64,000 nucleotides of DNA from Mobula hypostoma (taxonomy: Eukaryota): the NCBI RefSeq assembly GCF_963921235.1, contig NC_086108.1, positions 35,466,001 through 35,530,000 on the forward strand. Reading direction: 5' to 3'. The translations under genes and the position numbers were made by a program. Of the stretch, positions 1-12,289 are shown piece by piece. The notes under the pieces are model-generated. The model was not told where the DNA came from and did not search any database. It was given only the letters and a program-made list of their open reading frames with translations. Each line of letters opens with the position of its first letter. Positions within the stretch are counted from its first letter, which is position 1.

Positions 1-419
1 GGAGTGATAATTTGACACAGATCTGAAACAGATCGCATGCCACTGTTGTACAGAAATCATTTGTTTTACACCCAAAATGGGAACAGGATCAATTCACTAG
101 TTACTCAGTTTGGTAGTTCTCCCCTTTTCCTGGTAACAGAGCACATCTTTAGAGTCGTGGAGGGGGGCGTGTTCCCACTAATGTACGTAGGAGGTGACTG
201 TTAACTGAAATAACCAAATTAGAATGTGGTCAAACCAACTATTCATAGCAAAGCTGCACTCCATGTGATAGCAATCATGCGTTGGATGAACAAATCATGC
301 ACAAGGCAAGAATTTTGAAAATAACGGAACATGGGGCATACTTGAACATTGTAATTTAAATCAGTGGTCCCAAATAAATTCCATTCCACTCTAGGCATAT
401 TCCCCTCTGTGACCAGAGA

Positions 420-640
420 CACAAGTGATACCGCAGATGCTGGAAATCTGGAGGAACGCACACAAAAGGCAAGAGGAACTCAATGCTTCGGGCAGTGCCT
501 GTGGAGGAAAATGAGCAGTCGATATTTCGAGCGAGACCTTTCATCAGGATCTAACATCCTGAACTGGCAACTGTTCCGTTTTCTCCTTTGATGCTGCCTG
601 GCCTACTGAGATCCTCCAGCGTTTTGTGCGTGCTCCCTCC
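420..640. mobile_element. Non-autonomous Penelope-derived element with two inverted terminal arms
   Basis: Minus-strand arm 420-550 with hammerhead remnant (rc: ATC CTGATGA AAGGTCTCGCTC GAAATATC GACT) facing a plus arm with gatgctgcctggcctactgag...ccagc. Confidence 0.6.
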
Positions 641-727
641 ACGACCTCCAACTAAACCTGCTAACACCGACTTTCCGAGATCCAAGTCTGTTCTCAGTAG
701 ATCCACTGTTTCAATAATTCAATGAAT

Positions 728-1008
728 CTTTTACCAGTCTGTTGTAGTGAGTACAGTCTTCTTTGCGGCTTTGTGTTGGGCAAGCGGCATCAGTGCTGGT
801 GATGCAAGAAGGCTAAATGAACTCATCGAAAAGGCTGCATCTATCCTTGGCTACAATCCTGACTCTGTTTTATTATTGTGTATATTATTATTCTGCACTT
901 TATTATTAGTTAATTCTGTACACTGCTAAGTGTGTTTTTAAATGTTGTTGCTGCAAGAAAAGAATTTCACACTCAGGATCAATAAAGTACTTCTTCTTAT
1001 TATTATTA
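728..1008 (+). mobile_element. Rex1/Babar-type LINE 3' fragment
   Basis: FYQSVVVSTVFFAALCWASGISAGDARRLNELIEKAASILG (post-RT C-terminal region), AATAAA and (TTA)n tail. Confidence 0.6.
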
Positions 1009-1017
1009 GTAAGAACT

Positions 1018-1125
1018 GGTCCTGAAGAAGGGTCACGGCCTGAAATGTTGACTGTTTATTCATTTCCATTGAGTTCCTCCAACATGTTGTGTGTTTTGCT
1101 TTGGACGTCAGGCATCTGCACACTT
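1018..1125 (+). mobile_element. Penelope terminal-repeat fragment with degenerate hammerhead
   Basis: GGTC CTGAAGA A GGGT CACG GCCT GAAA TGTT GACT followed by gagttcctccaacat...gcatctgca. Confidence 0.6.
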
Positions 1126-1259
1126 TCTGGTGCTTATGTTACTGTTCAAGAGGCCTTGTTGCACACTGTCTTTTCAACCTCGTTTCAGAGCTGGACCGCA
1201 AAATGTTCTGTATTAGGAATCAAGGGCACTGGTATTGACACACTCTCCCTCGGATCTGT

Positions 1260-1800
1260 CATTATCTTCTCAAGATAGATTCTGTGCATGGTTAAATAAT
1301 GTAAGGATAAAGTTAATTATGTAAAAACATAATTTTTAATGTCACATTGTTTTAATCTCAGATTAAACTGCTGTACTAGACACCTATTTGACAATACGAC
1401 ATTCAGAAGAACCACAACTGAAACTCCCACCCGATGTCTGCTTCCTGTCTCCTCTTTCACCTGGAGTCTGCAAAATGTACTGCTGAAATTATTGAGCCAT
1501 CAACAGGTAAAGAGAGGCACAGCCCGCGGACAAAAGTTTTGCATTAAGCCTCTGGCTCAGCCGAGGCGGTATATTGCTCCAACTAAATGCTGCGGACTTC
1601 AAAAGACAATGCAAGGAATGGACCGCTTTATTTATACAGATGGTTATCAAAATGCAATTTCGCATTTCATCTGGTCTGTAGGGTATTTTTAACTGCTGAC
1701 GTCAAACACTTAGCATCTAAATGCAGTCACAATTAAATGTAACTTCGCGGAGGCCGCAGGAACCGGTGGGAGGGTCCCAGCTCTCCACAGCCAATTAGCT
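1260..1800 (+). promoter_or_regulatory. Putative RGS18 promoter region
   Basis: GATA sites (1262-1267, 1273-1278, 1644-1649), RUNX AACCACA 1410-1416, ETS CTTCCTG 1441-1447, perfect CRE TGACGTCA 1697-1704, CCAAT 1791-1795, local CpG enrichment. Motif matches only. Confidence 0.4.
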
Positions 1801-1922
1801 TTCACGAAGTCGGCTCGAACTCGGCTTCTTAACCTGTTCCCAGCAAAGCGGGTGAAACATTCTCAACCTGTGCGGTGGTGAGCGTTTGGTGCTAGCCGAA
1901 CCTCATCCTCGGTCGTGGGACT

Positions 1923-2035
1923 ATGCAGACTGTGCTCTATCTGTTCCCGCAGTTAAACCTGTCAGCTCCAAAGGAGGAACCTTACAGGATTATCAAACCA
2001 CAGAATCAAGAGGGGAAAATGGAGAATAAAAACAG
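1923..2035 (+). CDS. RGS18: RGS18 coding exon 1
   Basis: ATG at 1923, [37 protein letters not shown], donor AG|gtaat at 2036 (phase 2). Confidence 0.85.
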
Positions 2036-5000
2036 GTAATGTAGAATCTTGAAAATCAGAATATTGTGCGCTTTGAAAGTTCTGATTCGGACATCATTCA
2101 TTTCCCTCATTTGATAACTTGTGGGAAAGGGGAATGTGCTGTCGAAAATACTTGAAATGCAACTTGACATACACTCGTGAACAGCGCACCGAAGCAACGA
2201 ACGTGTATTTCTTTGACCATATATAAATATACATAATTTAACATTTTGTGAGCTTGTAAACTTTATTCTGCACCTGTTCCACTTGATGGACACACTTTAA
2301 GTGTGTAGAAATTACTGTTTGTTTCATTATTTTTTCTCTAATTATTATTTCCGAACATAAATTCTGCTGACTTTGCCCATTAAAGATTTATGATGTTATT
2401 GGTTACAGAAGTAGTGGTAAATGTTGCTGTTGTAAACTGAGTTTAGATAACTTGAAAGAGTGAGTACTTTTAATAATACACTGAAGATCCAAAACTTGGG
2501 ACTGCAAGTAAAACAGACTGTAGTCACTAATCCAGGTGATCAGCCTTCAGGAAAATCCTTTTGCCCAGTGAGTGGTAGAATGTGGCTTATAGAAGAAGTT
2601 GAAGATCATAGATGATAGATAAACGGGAGTGAGAAAGGTATGAAAGGGTTTGCAGGTGGAATGCCACAACGACCAGCAAGAATCTGCGGACCGGATCTGA
2701 AGGTCGTGATTGTATGGTGCATGAGTATTGCATCAGATTCACTGTGGAGATGGGAGCGTGTAGGCATTAAGGGATGGTAGTAGTGGTGGGGTTGGTTTGG
2801 GTAGGTGTAGAAATAAACTTTAAACCAAGTGGGTAGTTAGGTGCCAGTTGTTCTGGTCTTTTTCTCATCTGCCCATTGGTGCTCCCTATTGACATCTGTG
2901 GGCTAAAATAGGGTAAGGTGAAAGCAGTTAAAAAAAACTGCAGATATGAAAATGCTAAATTTTAAAAAAACACAGAAAACCCTGGATGCCTGCAGGTCAT
3001 TCTGCATTTGTGGGAAGAGAAGCCAAGACAATGTTTCCCGTCAAAAACCTTTCTCAGAACCCAGAATTCCAACCAATTTTCCAGTCTCCTTCTGCATGGT
3101 TAAAATGGTTCCTCCAAAGGGGGTGAGGATGTTCTATTATTTCCAGCTGTTGCCTGACCAGACTTTCTAATATTGTATATTGCAGGGGTAAAGACAAGTG
3201 GCATCGACTGAGTCTCATCCTGCAGAAAGCAGACTCGCGTGAAATCTTAGCACCACTGCTCAGCAAACCTGAAAAAAACAAGTGAGTTTTACCCAAGTCT
3301 CAGTAGGTCCCTATCGCCACTGACTGAATCTGAAATCATTAATCGCAAATACATCAGCTCAATTGTAATATTGGTAAATGATCCCATTCGTAAGAAATTA
3401 GATAAATTAATTCTTCTGAGTTTGTGTTGGTTTTAAGGTTTCTCTCCCTGACAATATATATTTGAAGGAGTCCTCAAAGATCCTATCTCTTTATTCGATA
3501 ATGATATAGTGTGTGTTAATTTAAATAAAAACTGAAAATGCTGGAAAATCTCAGCAGGCCAAGCAGCCTCTGCAGAAAGAGCAGTTTAGGGGCTCAGACT
3601 TGAAACATTAACTAATTTCTTTTTCAAAAAGATGCTGCATTTTTGCAGTATATTTTGATTCTATTTTAGAATTTCAGCATCTACTTGTTCTTTTTTTATT
3701 CCCATTTCATTAATTTAAATTTTGCTGCTTACTAATTGAAATAAAGCTAAATGCGTTGCTCAATTGCCTTCAAAGCTTAAGCACTGTAAGTGCCTCTCCA
3801 TCTAGTATCACTTCTTTATTTTATTCTAAAGTAGAATGCTTTAGAAATAAAAGTGATGAAGAATTTGAGGGGTCTGTAAGCTTCCCTTGCCTCAATCCAA
3901 ATTCAGTCTTTGGTTTTATCTCACCTGCTGACCAGAGCCCTTTCTGGTTTGTGGTTGAGTGTGTTCTTGTTTTGCAAGTACGTGCTGTAAACAACAGCAA
4001 GATCAGTAACCAGCCTCCGCTTTAGCAAATGAAACTTGCAGTGGTTTCTGGTAGTGCTGTGCAGAGTCTTGTGGGGCAGCAGGGGGAGCGGTGGATTGTA
4101 CATCTTTCTTCAGCACGCAAGCTTTCTGTTCGCATCAATAAGTTTGCTGAAGTGAAAGCAGCAAGTAATTGCGTGTGCCAGAAAAAAAATGTCAGTTGGC
4201 TTTATTCTGTCATTAAAAAGAAACAACTGACGAGGTTGCTTAAATTTAAATTACATTTTCTTTTTCTTCTCCAGCATTTATCTTGATGAACCTTCAAAAT
4301 GGGGTGAATGTCTGCACAAGCTTTTAACACATAAAAGTAAGTATCACTTGTACATTGCTGAGTTAAGCATTAAAATATGAAAGCTGCGCAGTTCAATGTA
4401 TGACTAATGGAGAGATTGACTTGAATTAATTGCCGCAAGCAGGGGTGTAATAGAGTTAAGAAGTGAAGTAAAAGCAGGTTATTTTGATGCTCAAGCCTGC
4501 CCTGCCAAACAAAGTGATCAGGGCTGTCTTTCCCCAGGCCTCATCTCATCTTCTGTGCAATTCCTACAGCCCTCAAATCCCTGGTCTTTCAAAAATGCCC
4601 CTACTTCCATTTCAAATAACCCTGATGATCTAGCCTTCCAACCCATCGACAATAGAGAATTTCAGATTTTTATTACTATTAGTTTAGACCAGTTTGGTTT
4701 CTGGGATGTTTGAGGAGACATCAGCTCAGTCAGGTTTGTATTCACCTGAGTTAAGGAGAATAAGCAGGGACCTAATTCCGACTCCAACCATTCTGATACA
4801 GATGTCGTATTGGATGGGGGAAGAATGGTTCCCCCGGCTAAGGAACCTGAATTTTTAAAAAATTAATTCAAGGGGTCCGGGTTTCCAGGCTAAGCCTAGA
4901 TGCCGTTGAGGTAGTTGTGAGCTACCTTTTTGAACAGATGCAGCCACTGGGGTGCGAGATTACCCATACTGCCATTGCAGGATTTTGAGTGAGGAATCAC

Positions 5001-7759
5001 TGTCTGAGTTTATTGTCAAGATACTTAGTTCAAAGATGAAGAGAAACTTCTCTAAAGGGTAGTGAAACTGGATTTCTCAAGGGCGAGGATGGAAGTAAAC
5101 TTAGAGACACAAAAGACCAAGGATTTTGTGGATTAATTTCAAATAATGAGCCTCACCTCTAGTACAGTAGGTAGTACTGCTGTCTCCGTTTTCTTGCGAC
5201 TTGGGTTTAATGTTGACCTCTGATAGTGTCTTTGTGAATTCTGCACTTTCTCTCTGTGGCCATTTGGGTATCCCCAGTGTTCTCTGATTTCACCACCTCC
5301 CCCCCAACTCCTCCACATCCCAAAGATGTGCTGGATGATAGGTAAATTGGTTTTTGTACGTTGCCCAAAATGTACGGAAGTGGTAGAAGAGTCAGGATAG
5401 CTTTGGTGGACATATGACTGACAGTAGTTCCGGGGAATAAAGTGCACCTTTGCCATGGGATTGCTCTGAGAGCTGTCATAAACTTTGGGCTGAATAGACT
5501 CCTCCTGTGCCATGAGGATTAATAACAATGGCAACGTGGGTTTGAAGACTCCAATTACTACCACTTTATAAGTTGATCTTTCAGTATATCAGTGATCCAC
5601 AACACAGGTTGTATTTGTAGAACAGAACATTACAGCATAGGAACAGACCCATGTTGTGTAGTAACTAAATACCTACCAAAGCTAATCTTTTCTGCCTACA
5701 CAATGCTCATAGCCCTCTATTCTCTGCATTTATACACGCTTATCCAGCAGCCTCCAAAATGCCTCCATCATATTTGTCTTTGTTACCACCTTAGGCATTT
5801 ATCACTCTTGTGTAACAAAATATACTTGCCCCAAACATCTCCTTTGATCTTACCCCGCTCTCACCATAAATGCACACGCTCTAATATGAGACATTGCAAC
5901 CCCGCAAAAAAGAAACCAGCTGTTAAACCCATCTATGCCTCTCATAATCTTGTAAACCTCTGTCAGGTCTCCCGCCAGCCTCTGCTACTTCAGAGAAACC
6001 TCTTGTCCAGCCTCTTGCTTTGTTTTATGATTTATGCTTTTGAATCAATCATTCCCTTCAAATGTTGAGGAGCAAAATCTTGGCCAAATATTTTGTTTAT
6101 GATGTTGGCTTTTAAATTACAAAAGAAAGGGGCTTATATGGTTAATCAGGCAGAATTGATATTTACACCACTTTCTGCTTTCTCTTAAAGCTGGCTTGGC
6201 GCTTTTTCGAGCATTTTTACAATCGGAGCACAGCGAGGAAAACATTGAATTCTGGTTAGCTTGTGAAAACTACAGGAAAACTAAGACACTCGCAAAGCTG
6301 TCTTCTAAGGCAAAGAAAATCTATTCTGATTTCATCAGTACGGATGCTCCAAAAGAGGTAAGAGCAGTTCTCCTATGGCCAAGCATGATAACAACTGCAG
6401 AAACCAGAGGGGAGATAGGGGCATTACTTTTTATCACTTGGAATTCCTCATTTGAAAGAGAGTGGAAGTGGATTCATTATCTACTTTTTGAAGTAGTTTG
6501 GTTGTGTATTTGAAGAGGGAAAACTGAACAGTTTTAGGAAAAAGATCAAAGCAATGGAATTATAAATATGATAAAGAGTAGGCTACTTGGCCCATCAAAC
6601 CTACTCTCACATTTATTAATATCACAGTTGGTCTCATTGTGATCGTAATGTGACATAAGTTTGGTAGTTCTCTTCAAAAAACTGATCTGGGACTCCCATA
6701 AGATTCAGTGTGATTAAGATGATGTTTTGGAATATCCTGCACTGTGCAAAAATGTTAGGAGTACAATAAGATGTTGAACCAAGCTATACTGTGGTCTTAA
6801 AACTTAGGAGATTCCATATGATGTTAGGGGAAGGAGCACCTCACATTGAGCTACTGCTGTGTCACCTTGAAACACTTGACGTTTTCAGAACTCAAAAAAC
6901 AGCATGAGCAGCAATCTATTACCCCGAATACTTCTGCTTGCATTGTTTGTGAATTCTGCATTCACCAAGAATTTCAGGATGACAGTGCTATCATCTGTGA
7001 CAATTGCCCTCTCAAGTAAGGCCAATACACCAAAAGTCGGGACTGAAAGTGCAGAGGTACAAGGCTCAATGTGGTAGCTGTGGAAATTAAATAAACTTCT
7101 GAATTAACAGACTATGTTATTAGTAATGTTGGTTATGCATGTACCAGCTTGGTACAATTCCATTTGAATCATCTATCTCCTTTAGGGAAAATTATTTGCC
7201 CAAGTGACAGAACCACAGCAAACTTATTGACCTTCTGCCGCTCACTGAAATGGCAGAGTAAGTCCCTCTGCTTAGAAACAAATGGGACAGGCAGTTGTGG
7301 TGAAGAGCAAACATTTGATAGTGACCTTTGCTGAAAGTTGCACATGGGTTTTTAGACTGTAGTAAGACACAGGAGAAATGCACAATAAACGACACTTTGG
7401 GACAATTGGAGTACTTGGTATTCTTGAATATAATTGGACTTGCTTTCATCATGCTGATTCAGAAAACTAATTGGTTCCATTAACTTTTTTTTGTAAACAA
7501 GGTGAACATTGACTTCCATACTAAAGAAGTGACGAAGAAAAACATTGCGCGGCCGACCCTGTCTTGCTTTGACTTGGCGCAGAAGAAGGTGTACAGTCTG
7601 ATGGAGAAAGACTCTTATCCCAGGTTCTTGAAGTCACAGCTCTACAGAGAATTACTTCAGCAGTCGGGCGTTCAGAGCACTGGGCACAGACCGCGATCTC
7701 ACTCATTTACATCAATGGGTGTCCTTCAGACACAGGCAGACTTCAGTGCCTGGCTCTAA
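1923..7759 (+). CDS. RGS18: Regulator of G-protein signaling 18, spliced CDS join(1923..2035,3186..3281,4275..4336,6191..6357,7502..7759), 231 aa
   Basis: Five exons with GT/AG ends join in frame (113+96+62+167+258=696 nt). RGS box ([18 protein letters not shown]...[13 protein letters not shown]...[13 protein letters not shown]). N-term [12 protein letters not shown] and C-term RPRSHSFT...QADFSAWL* resemble RGS18 (METTLLFFSQIN...RSRSFT...QSDVAIWL). Confidence 0.9.
3186..3281 (+). CDS. RGS18: RGS18 coding exon 2
   Basis: Acceptor tgcag|, (R)[31 protein letters not shown], donor |gtgagt. Confidence 0.88.
4275..4336 (+). CDS. RGS18: RGS18 coding exon 3
   Basis: Polypyrimidine tract + ccag|, [20 protein letters not shown] (RGS helix 1), donor |gtaagt. 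Confidence 0.9.
6191..6357 (+). CDS. RGS18: RGS18 coding exon 4
   Basis: taaag|, [29 protein letters not shown]...DAPKE, donor |gtaag. Confidence 0.95.
7502..7759 (+). CDS. RGS18: RGS18 coding exon 5 (terminal)
   Basis: T-tract + aag|, VNIDFHTKE...SYPRFLKS...AWL, stop TAA 7757-7759. Confidence 0.95.
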   Translation: MNIDFHTKEVTKKNIARPTLSCFDLAQKKVYSLMEKDSYPRFLKSQLYRELLQQSGVQSTGHRPRSHSFTSMGVLQTQADFSAWL

Positions 7760-8098
7760 TTGGATGGAAAATTCCTTTCTTTGTTAGCAATTCTGTCAGT
7801 GATGACATTCCAGGACAACAAGTCTGGTTACTTTGTGTTGCCTAAAACGCTGATCACCTGCAGTAACTTTAGGTCATGTGTTGGACCATTCACAAGACAT
7901 TTTAATGAATTGCGATTTTATTTAAATAAATGCCCTGTTAATTTAATGAAGTCTATGAGGTGGTACTCATTGTAAATCTATGTGTAAATTATTTGGGTTT
8001 CAAAGTGTGAACGTATTTAATATTTGTATAATTACTTGACTTTGTGTGTGTTATTTTGTAGAATAGTGAAGGAAGAACCACTGAAGTAATTAATTTTC

Positions 8099-8104
8099 AA
8101 TAAA
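8099..8104 (+). terminator. Candidate RGS18 polyadenylation signal (alternative AATAAA at 7925-7930)
   Basis: AATAAA downstream of the stop in an AU-rich 3'UTR, followed by GT/T-rich sequence. Confidence 0.5.
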
Positions 8105-8824
8105 TGGATTTTTAAAAAATAATGTTTAGTTATTGTTATTCACTGGATTGACAGCCCCCTTCCTACACATTTGTTTTTGATTCACTATCCTGAATCCATT
8201 CTGGTGTGTACCTAAAATAATCAGTTTCCCTAAGGCTAACTATCATGTTTCAGCTGTGAATTAGCGTGCCCAGTTAACTTCCTGTCACCTCTGGTAAGGA
8301 GGGCCTTAGACCTTCAGAGAACTCTCACACTTCAGTCAGAACGTGGTGAGTCTCACCATCCAAGCACAAATGTCCTGATGAATTAACCTGAAGTTAGGGT
8401 CACAGAATCGTACAGTATGGAAGCAGGTAATTCCACATTGACCAGTGGTCACCGTTCAGTATAAATCCCATCTCTTTGTAAGTGGTCCATAGCACACTAT
8501 ACCCAAGTGGTTGAAGTGCACTTCTAAATATGTCAGCTTTAGCCATTCTGTCAAGCAGCATGCTGGTAAGAATTTGACACTCTGAGTGAAGAAGGTCACC
8601 CTCTGAATCACTTCCCTCTGTCCTCCGGTTTTATCTGCCCCTGCTACGGGAAAGAGTTTCCTGCGGTTTAGCCTATTTACTGACTACATATCTCAATCAT
8701 CTCGCCCTTAACCTCCATTCCAGAGACGGCAGACCTAACTTCTTCCGTCTCTCATAACTGAGCTGCTGGTGAATCGCCCCTACACCGTGTCCATTGCTGT
8801 CATGTCCTTTCTTTACTTGGTGAC

Positions 8825-9130
8825 CAGTACCGACTGAGGTGCCATCTGTTCGATGAGATGTTAAACCTAAAGTAGTAGGGATGGGTTTTTGGAATATTTC
8901 TATCAAGGTCTCAAGCTACTCTTGTGGAAAAAGAATAATATGTCTTGGCAAGCATTCCATCAGTCAACCTTGCAGAAATAGATGTTCGGTCATTATCCAT
9001 TTCTATCTACTATATGTAAATTAGCTGCTAAGTCCTTAACACAATAGAAGTGACTACTTTCGAAGTATTTTATCAGCTATGAAATGTTTTATGATTTTCT
9101 GGAAAGGATGGGTAAGGTTTTATATAACCA
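8825..9130 (+). mobile_element. Old Deu-domain-like SINE remnant
   Basis: Degenerate resemblance to Deu-SINE segments (gatgagatgttaaacc; ggtcattatc; aaattagctgct; agtgactac...aagta), judged from memory of the consensus. Confidence 0.4.
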
Positions 9131-9974
9131 TAAGGCTGCCTTTTGCAGATATCACCTGCTGGCGTTTCACCTGGAGCATGGTGTAATTGGCCAAAAGTGA
9201 CCACAGGTCTACTTGGGGAAAAAACTGCTATCTGTGGATTGTCTGCAAGTACGGAAGAAAGTTGGGGGGTGGGGAGGGGTAAGTGCTTTGTGAAGTTAGA
9301 AAGGACAATAGAGCTGTAAAAAGTCAATCAAAACTTCGAATGGACAGCTGATGATATTTTGATGTTAGTAAAGACAACAGAGCCATGATTGTTGGGTAGG
9401 ATTCACCTCCCTCCGTTACTCTCATCTCACCTGTCTCCATAACCCCAATTATGTAAGAGATACTGTTTTAGGGAGACCTTTCTGGAAAAGTCTCAGTACA
9501 GAGGTCTCACACGTTTGTCTTGAATACACACTGCTGCAGTCTATCTCATCTGTAGCAAACCAAGGTGACTTCAAAAGTCTCACTTGACTACAACTGCCCC
9601 AGGCTATTGTTGTCTTTAGTCCTGCCTTACCACAGCTTCACCTGAGATGCAGAGCCCATATAGAGTTAGAATCTTCAGGCCAGTGAGTGGACATCAGGCA
9701 CCATTTACACTACCCCTGAATTTTAAAAAAAAGAAAATGCTGGGAATAATCTGCAGGTCAGGTCAGGTCACATCTGTGGAATGAGGAACAAAGTTAAATT
9801 TTCAAGTTGAAGACCCGTTATCAGAACTGAGAAAGAGACAAAAGAATCTTGTCATCTCTGTCCTCCACACTTTCTGAAACTTCTTTCGTCTGCTTCCCAG
9901 TTCTGAGTAAAGGTCCTTGACCTCAAATGTTTATCTTCCCTCGGATGTGGTCTGACATTCTGAGTAGTCTCATT

Positions 9975-10730
9975 GAGTAATAGAGCACTACAGCACAGAA
10001 ACAGGCCCTTCCGGCCATCTAGACTGTGCTGAGCTATTATTCTGTCAAGTCCCATTGACCCACACCTGGACCATAGCACTCCAGACTCCTCCCACAAATT
10101 TCTCTTAAATGTTGAAATGAAACCCACATCCATTACTCCTGCTGGCAGCTTGTTCCCCACTCTGACCACTCCCTGTGTGAAAAAGAATCCCCTCAGGTTC
10201 TCCTTAAATATTTCACCTCTCACCCTGAACCTATAACTTCTAGTTCAAGCCTTGTCCAACTTCAATGGAAAAAGCCTGCTTGCATTTATCCTATCTATAT
10301 CTCCCCCATAATTTTGTATACCTCTATGAAATCTCCCCTTATTCTCCCATGTGCCAGGGAGTAAAGTTGCAATGTAATCAAACTTTCCCCATAACTCAGG
10401 TCCCCAAGAGTCCCGACAACATCTTGTAAATTTTCTCTGTACTTTTTCAATCTTACTGATATATCTCCATAGATAGGTGATCGGAACTGCACTCAACACT
10501 CCAAATTAGGCCTCACCAATGTCTTACACAACTTCAACATAACATCCTCAATCCTGTACTCATTAAATTGATTTATGAAGGGCAACGTGCCAAAAATTCT
10601 CTTTATGATCTTGTTTCCCTGTGACACCATATTCAAGAAATTATGGATCTGTATTCCCAGATCCTTCTGTTCTCCCGTACTCCTCAGTGTCCTACTGTTC
10701 ACAGTGTAAGACCTACTCTGGTTTGTTCTC
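9975..10730 (-). mobile_element. CR1 LINE 3' fragment (degenerate)
   Basis: Minus ORFs QKDLGIQIH...LCKTLVRPNLEC and RIRGDFIEVYKIM, FFTQGVVRVGNKLP. Confidence 0.85.
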
Positions 10731-10779
10731 CCAACATATTTACAGCATGTTCTGTTTTTATTTCCAGCATCTGCAATTA

Positions 10780-11056
10780 TAACGTGGCGGTTTGCCCGAC
10801 GCTATCACAGCTCGGGGTGTCGGAGTTTGGAGTTCAGTTCCGGCGAGCTCTGTAAAGAGTTTGTACATCGCCCCGTCAATGCGCGGGTTTCCTCCGGGTG
10901 CTCTGGTTTCCTCCCACAGCCCAAAGACATACTGGTTAGTAGGTAAATTGGTCATTGTAAATTGTCCTGTGATTAGGCTAGGGTTAAATAGCTGACTTGC
11001 TGGGTAGTGCAGCTTGTTTGGCCAGTAGGACCTGTTCCACACTGTATCTTTAAAAT
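10780..11056 (+). mobile_element. V-SINE (HE1-like tRNA-derived SINE)
   Basis: V domain gggtttcctccgggtgctctggtttcctcccacagcccaaagac. Related copies at ~11600-11790(-), 12840-13080(-), 22925-23160(+), 26520-26770(-). Confidence 0.75.
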
Positions 11057-12289
11057 ATACTTTTTTTGATTGACGCTGTTCCCACTCTCTCCGCATTCCT
11101 ATCAACTCTCTCCAAATTCTACCACTCACCTGCACTCCAAGGGCACCTCACACTGGCCGATTAACTTACCAGCCCACACGTCTTCGGAATGCGGGAGAAG
11201 ACTGGAGCATCCAGATGATGACAGTGCAAGTCAAAGGAAGAATGTGCTGACAGCACTTGGAAGTCAGGACTGAACCTGTGTCGCTGGAGCTCTGAGATAT
11301 CATTTCCACCATCTGCACCATGGATCTTCAGTGGAGCAGAGGCATCGCAGAGTTTAACTGGAAACTTCCTGCACACTGTGAGGGCGAGGCTTTGGCTGCA
11401 TGGCCAGAAATATTGTCAAAAATGTGGCAGAGACAATCAGTGACTGACAATTTAATTTAATGGTTAGCTTTATTTGTCACATGTACATTGAAATATTGAA
11501 ACATACAGTGAAATACATCACTTGCTTCAAATCCAATCAACGATGATCGTGCTGGGGGCATCCTGCAAATGTTGCCATGTTTCTGGCACCAGCATAACAG
11601 GCCCACAACTTACTAACTATAACTTTGACTGTACATCTTTAGAATGTGGGAGGAAACTGGAGCACCCAGAGGAAACCCACAAGGTTATGGGTAGAATGTA
11701 CAAACTCTTACAGGCAGTCCAACCCTGACTGAAGAGCGCTGGTGCTGCAAAGCAATTGCGTTAACTCCTACAACACCGCGCCACCCCCAATTAGGAGTGG
11801 GTAAAAATCTCCCTCCAACTTCTCACAGTAAATGGCTAGTGATCACATTGGTCTTCAGTTCTGAGGGAACTTTTGCACAAAATATTCCTTCACAGCTTTC
11901 ATGACTTTCTTTATCTGTGGTTACGCTTTCAGCTTCCTGTCACCTGCTCCTTTTCTTTCTGTCAAGCAAAGATGTTTGAATCTTTTTAAATGGCAGAAAA
12001 CAGTTAATAGTTTAAAAGACAAGGGATGAAAAGTGCAATTTAGAAAAGAAGGTTGAGAGATCGTGTCAGAATTGCCCAAGATTTGACAGCAACTGGAAAA
12101 ATCTGATTTGATTTCACAGGACGGAAACTTTTCTTCGGTGAACTTAGGATAAGAATCTAAAAAGTGAAGGTAACTTTTAGATCCGGTGTAGACTGCTTCC
12201 TGCTGCAGAGCAGGAGAGGCTTTATCGCAATCCGAACCACGTTTGTCATCACTGGCATACAGGTCTGTTGTGAAATTTGTTGTTTTGTG

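Noticed and set aside
1339..1692. 117-aa ORF upstream of RGS18
   Set aside because: No recognisable domain. The RGS18-like N-terminus starts at 1923.
6358..6513. Extension of the RGS ORF past APKE
   Set aside because: Intron read-through. Canonical donor at 6358 and the domain resumes at 7502.
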